Shown here one piece after another: positions 19,301-20,000 of a stretch of 20,000 bases of DNA; the stretch's first letter is position 1; each line of letters starts with the position of its first letter. Origin of the DNA: Craspedostauros australis (Eukaryota); assembly GCA_030167865.1 (NCBI GenBank), contig JALAGF010000723.1, positions 52,996 to 72,995 on the forward strand. Direction: 5' to 3'. Made by a program: the position numbers and the translations under genes. A model generated the notes under the pieces. The model made no database searches. It was given only the letters and a program-made list of their open reading frames with translations, and was not told the DNA's origin.

Positions 19301-20000
19301 TCAAGCTCGATGCGCGTGACTTGCCTCGTTTGTGCCATGTTTTGCAACACTGTGGATAGATGCGTCTGTTGGGACTTGGACGACGCCAGGCCCTCTGATC
19401 TGATCGTCCCAACGAACATGCAGGAATGAATCATCGGATCCAAAGCGAGGCTTGCGAAGAGGTTCAAGCAGACTTCCGATCCCCACTGCAGATCATCGAA
19501 GAAGAGGATGAGCGGACGGTTGACGTCACAGATGACCTGGAAGAATGTGTGGATGAGGTATCTTGATCGATTCCACATGTTGCCCTGATCGCCGTTGCTG
19601 CCGTCACCTTCCTGATCGTTGCGACCATTGACGACTGTGGATTTGTTGGTGTTGCCATGTCTCGAGGTCGTCGTACCATCGATATCAACGCCAATGCCAA
19701 CGCCGCCATCAGTGCTGGCAGTGGTGTTTCCAAGAGTGCGGGATTTCCGGCTGGACGCAAGACTCATGAAGTCTCTGGACTCATCGTCTCTATCCAGCAA
19801 CAACTGCTTGAGGCAGGGCAAGACCTTGCAGAGCTCTCTCCGTTCTGCCTTCGCGATGTGCTGCTGGATTCTTTGGCGCACGGCATCGCCTTCAATCTGC
19901 AGTATGTAGTTCTGAATGACCTGGTAGAGCGCGCCGAACGGGCTGTCTCCATGTGATTGGGATTGGAACTTGCCCTGGCAGAAGCAAATGTTGTGGTTGT
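16360..20000 (-). CDS. Large AAA_16/COG3899-type (STAND-like) ATPase with helical/TPR-like C-terminus; 5'-partial
   Basis: The frame stays open past the 19881 GTG to the window edge (NHNICFCQGKFQSQSHGDSPFGAL). Motifs PLILFFDDLQW (Walker B), FVGTIRSE, IELDNF, KTNGNIFFLRQAL, YRFVHDRIQQGA, ADHLN and AYYELWQSFAKV are typical of this family. Walker A should lie outside the window. Confidence 0.9.
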   Translation of the reverse strand, partial: NHNICFCQGKFQSQSHGDSPFGALYQVIQNYILQIEGDAVRQRIQQHIAKAERRELCKVLPCLKQLLLDRDDESRDFMSLASSRKSRTLGNTTASTDGGVGIGVDIDGTTTSRHGNTNKSTVVNGRNDQEGDGSNGDQGNMWNRSRYLIHTFFQVICDVNRPLILFFDDLQWGSEVCLNLFASLALDPMIHSCMFVGTIRSEGLASSKSQQTHLSTVLQNMAQTRQVTRIELDNFTEEQTYQWVSRTLKRDRCQHPPASAPSPSMSPREKRNDEKDDDCRHFASILHQKTNGNIFFLRQALEELERKQVLQYSQHGGYWEWNDATTTTIAQSLSNTAVEAVQAKIESYPSHRFRYVLCVASYTQTMFDIDVLHMLLQKLAENRNADIMFGKDSGGSDSNDDAQLTPSNFTLQALTELLEDAVLEGLLANSIGEQTYRFVHDRIQQGAQSIVPEGQQRTMLRYRIGTILYDIILAHERGGESEDDTGKDNTDEISAAQQPFSEQNGIPDWFYFCAADHLNSVQMKKDRWYMAKLNHTVGSRAQQISALPTASKYFQIAFDELERIESAQSPWHEDYDLTLCLHVQRAEIELALGNYSVGTSLANVVLDKAKTTDDKLSTQYNLADALGRQNLHKQSLTMIVDILQSSKALPKRFWVATAMTDLLYIRRYFERTSNSEFMQLPLMTNPKKIMAMKFLHQGTLRAAYCRQSLEAILFILKSLRMTIKHGLSKYSSLPLLNLGCIFGDVFSDQLAAERYLDLGAQILRCTDGKSLRGWLNLTAAHRIHPFSADYDKMIDVFQRGCRGAMEVGDFESGFMNWELGIIYSYFSGFPLKPLIVSFENIRDSAQMYNMEFVTATSMACIDFYKTLVGEKPLDWGEVEEVVARMPASIKDMNTSENHQIMFELDTNAQLCMYFRSYHSAYLLIKKAIEITPLDQSYLMVCARGYFAGIACAGMYRMTKESKYKKELKERIQIMKRKSMSRGLNGIHRFLCLEAELLGLKTEAIVRAATKGGTRKTSSISDSNNVKIEKAIRAYDIAIKLSAQAMHHQDAGLACELLGDFCVRVGRSEVAREYYPKACAYYELWQSFAKVEDVKERCDQFLSEEGLQRGRGAIQASQSGRESAARPIVSGGYSDRCHNVTAGGSSHHSKEDFTRESMSKSVTTHDIVYVLNSLGGSQREHATHESGRAGSNGDDGDAVSVLTKESGLCSVKL

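Overview
Eukaryotic nuclear DNA, most likely from a diatom or related stramenopile alga. This is inferred from bipartite ASAF-type plastid presequences, a GT-AG intron, mostly single-exon genes and a COG3899-like ATPase of a type common in diatoms. From left to right the window holds: a decayed, strongly CpG-depleted Tc1/mariner-type transposase relic (minus, ~1.27-3.2 kb) with an HMG-box-like segment; a ~1.1 kb stretch with seven ACGTCA/TGACGT bZIP-type motifs upstream of a plastid-targeted formate/nitrite transporter (NAR1/LCIA-like); a probably plastid-targeted zeta-toxin-like P-loop protein with an atypical Walker A; a possible decayed ankyrin-repeat relic; an SLC35F-family transporter with a His-rich repeat loop; a two-exon TM-RING-H2 protein with a UIM-like motif; a membrane-anchored alpha/beta hydrolase; and the 3' part of a large COG3899/AAA_16-type ATPase-helical-repeat gene running off the right edge. 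No rRNA, tRNA, CRISPR array or prokaryotic operon structure was seen. All family calls come from motif recognition by eye, not database searches.
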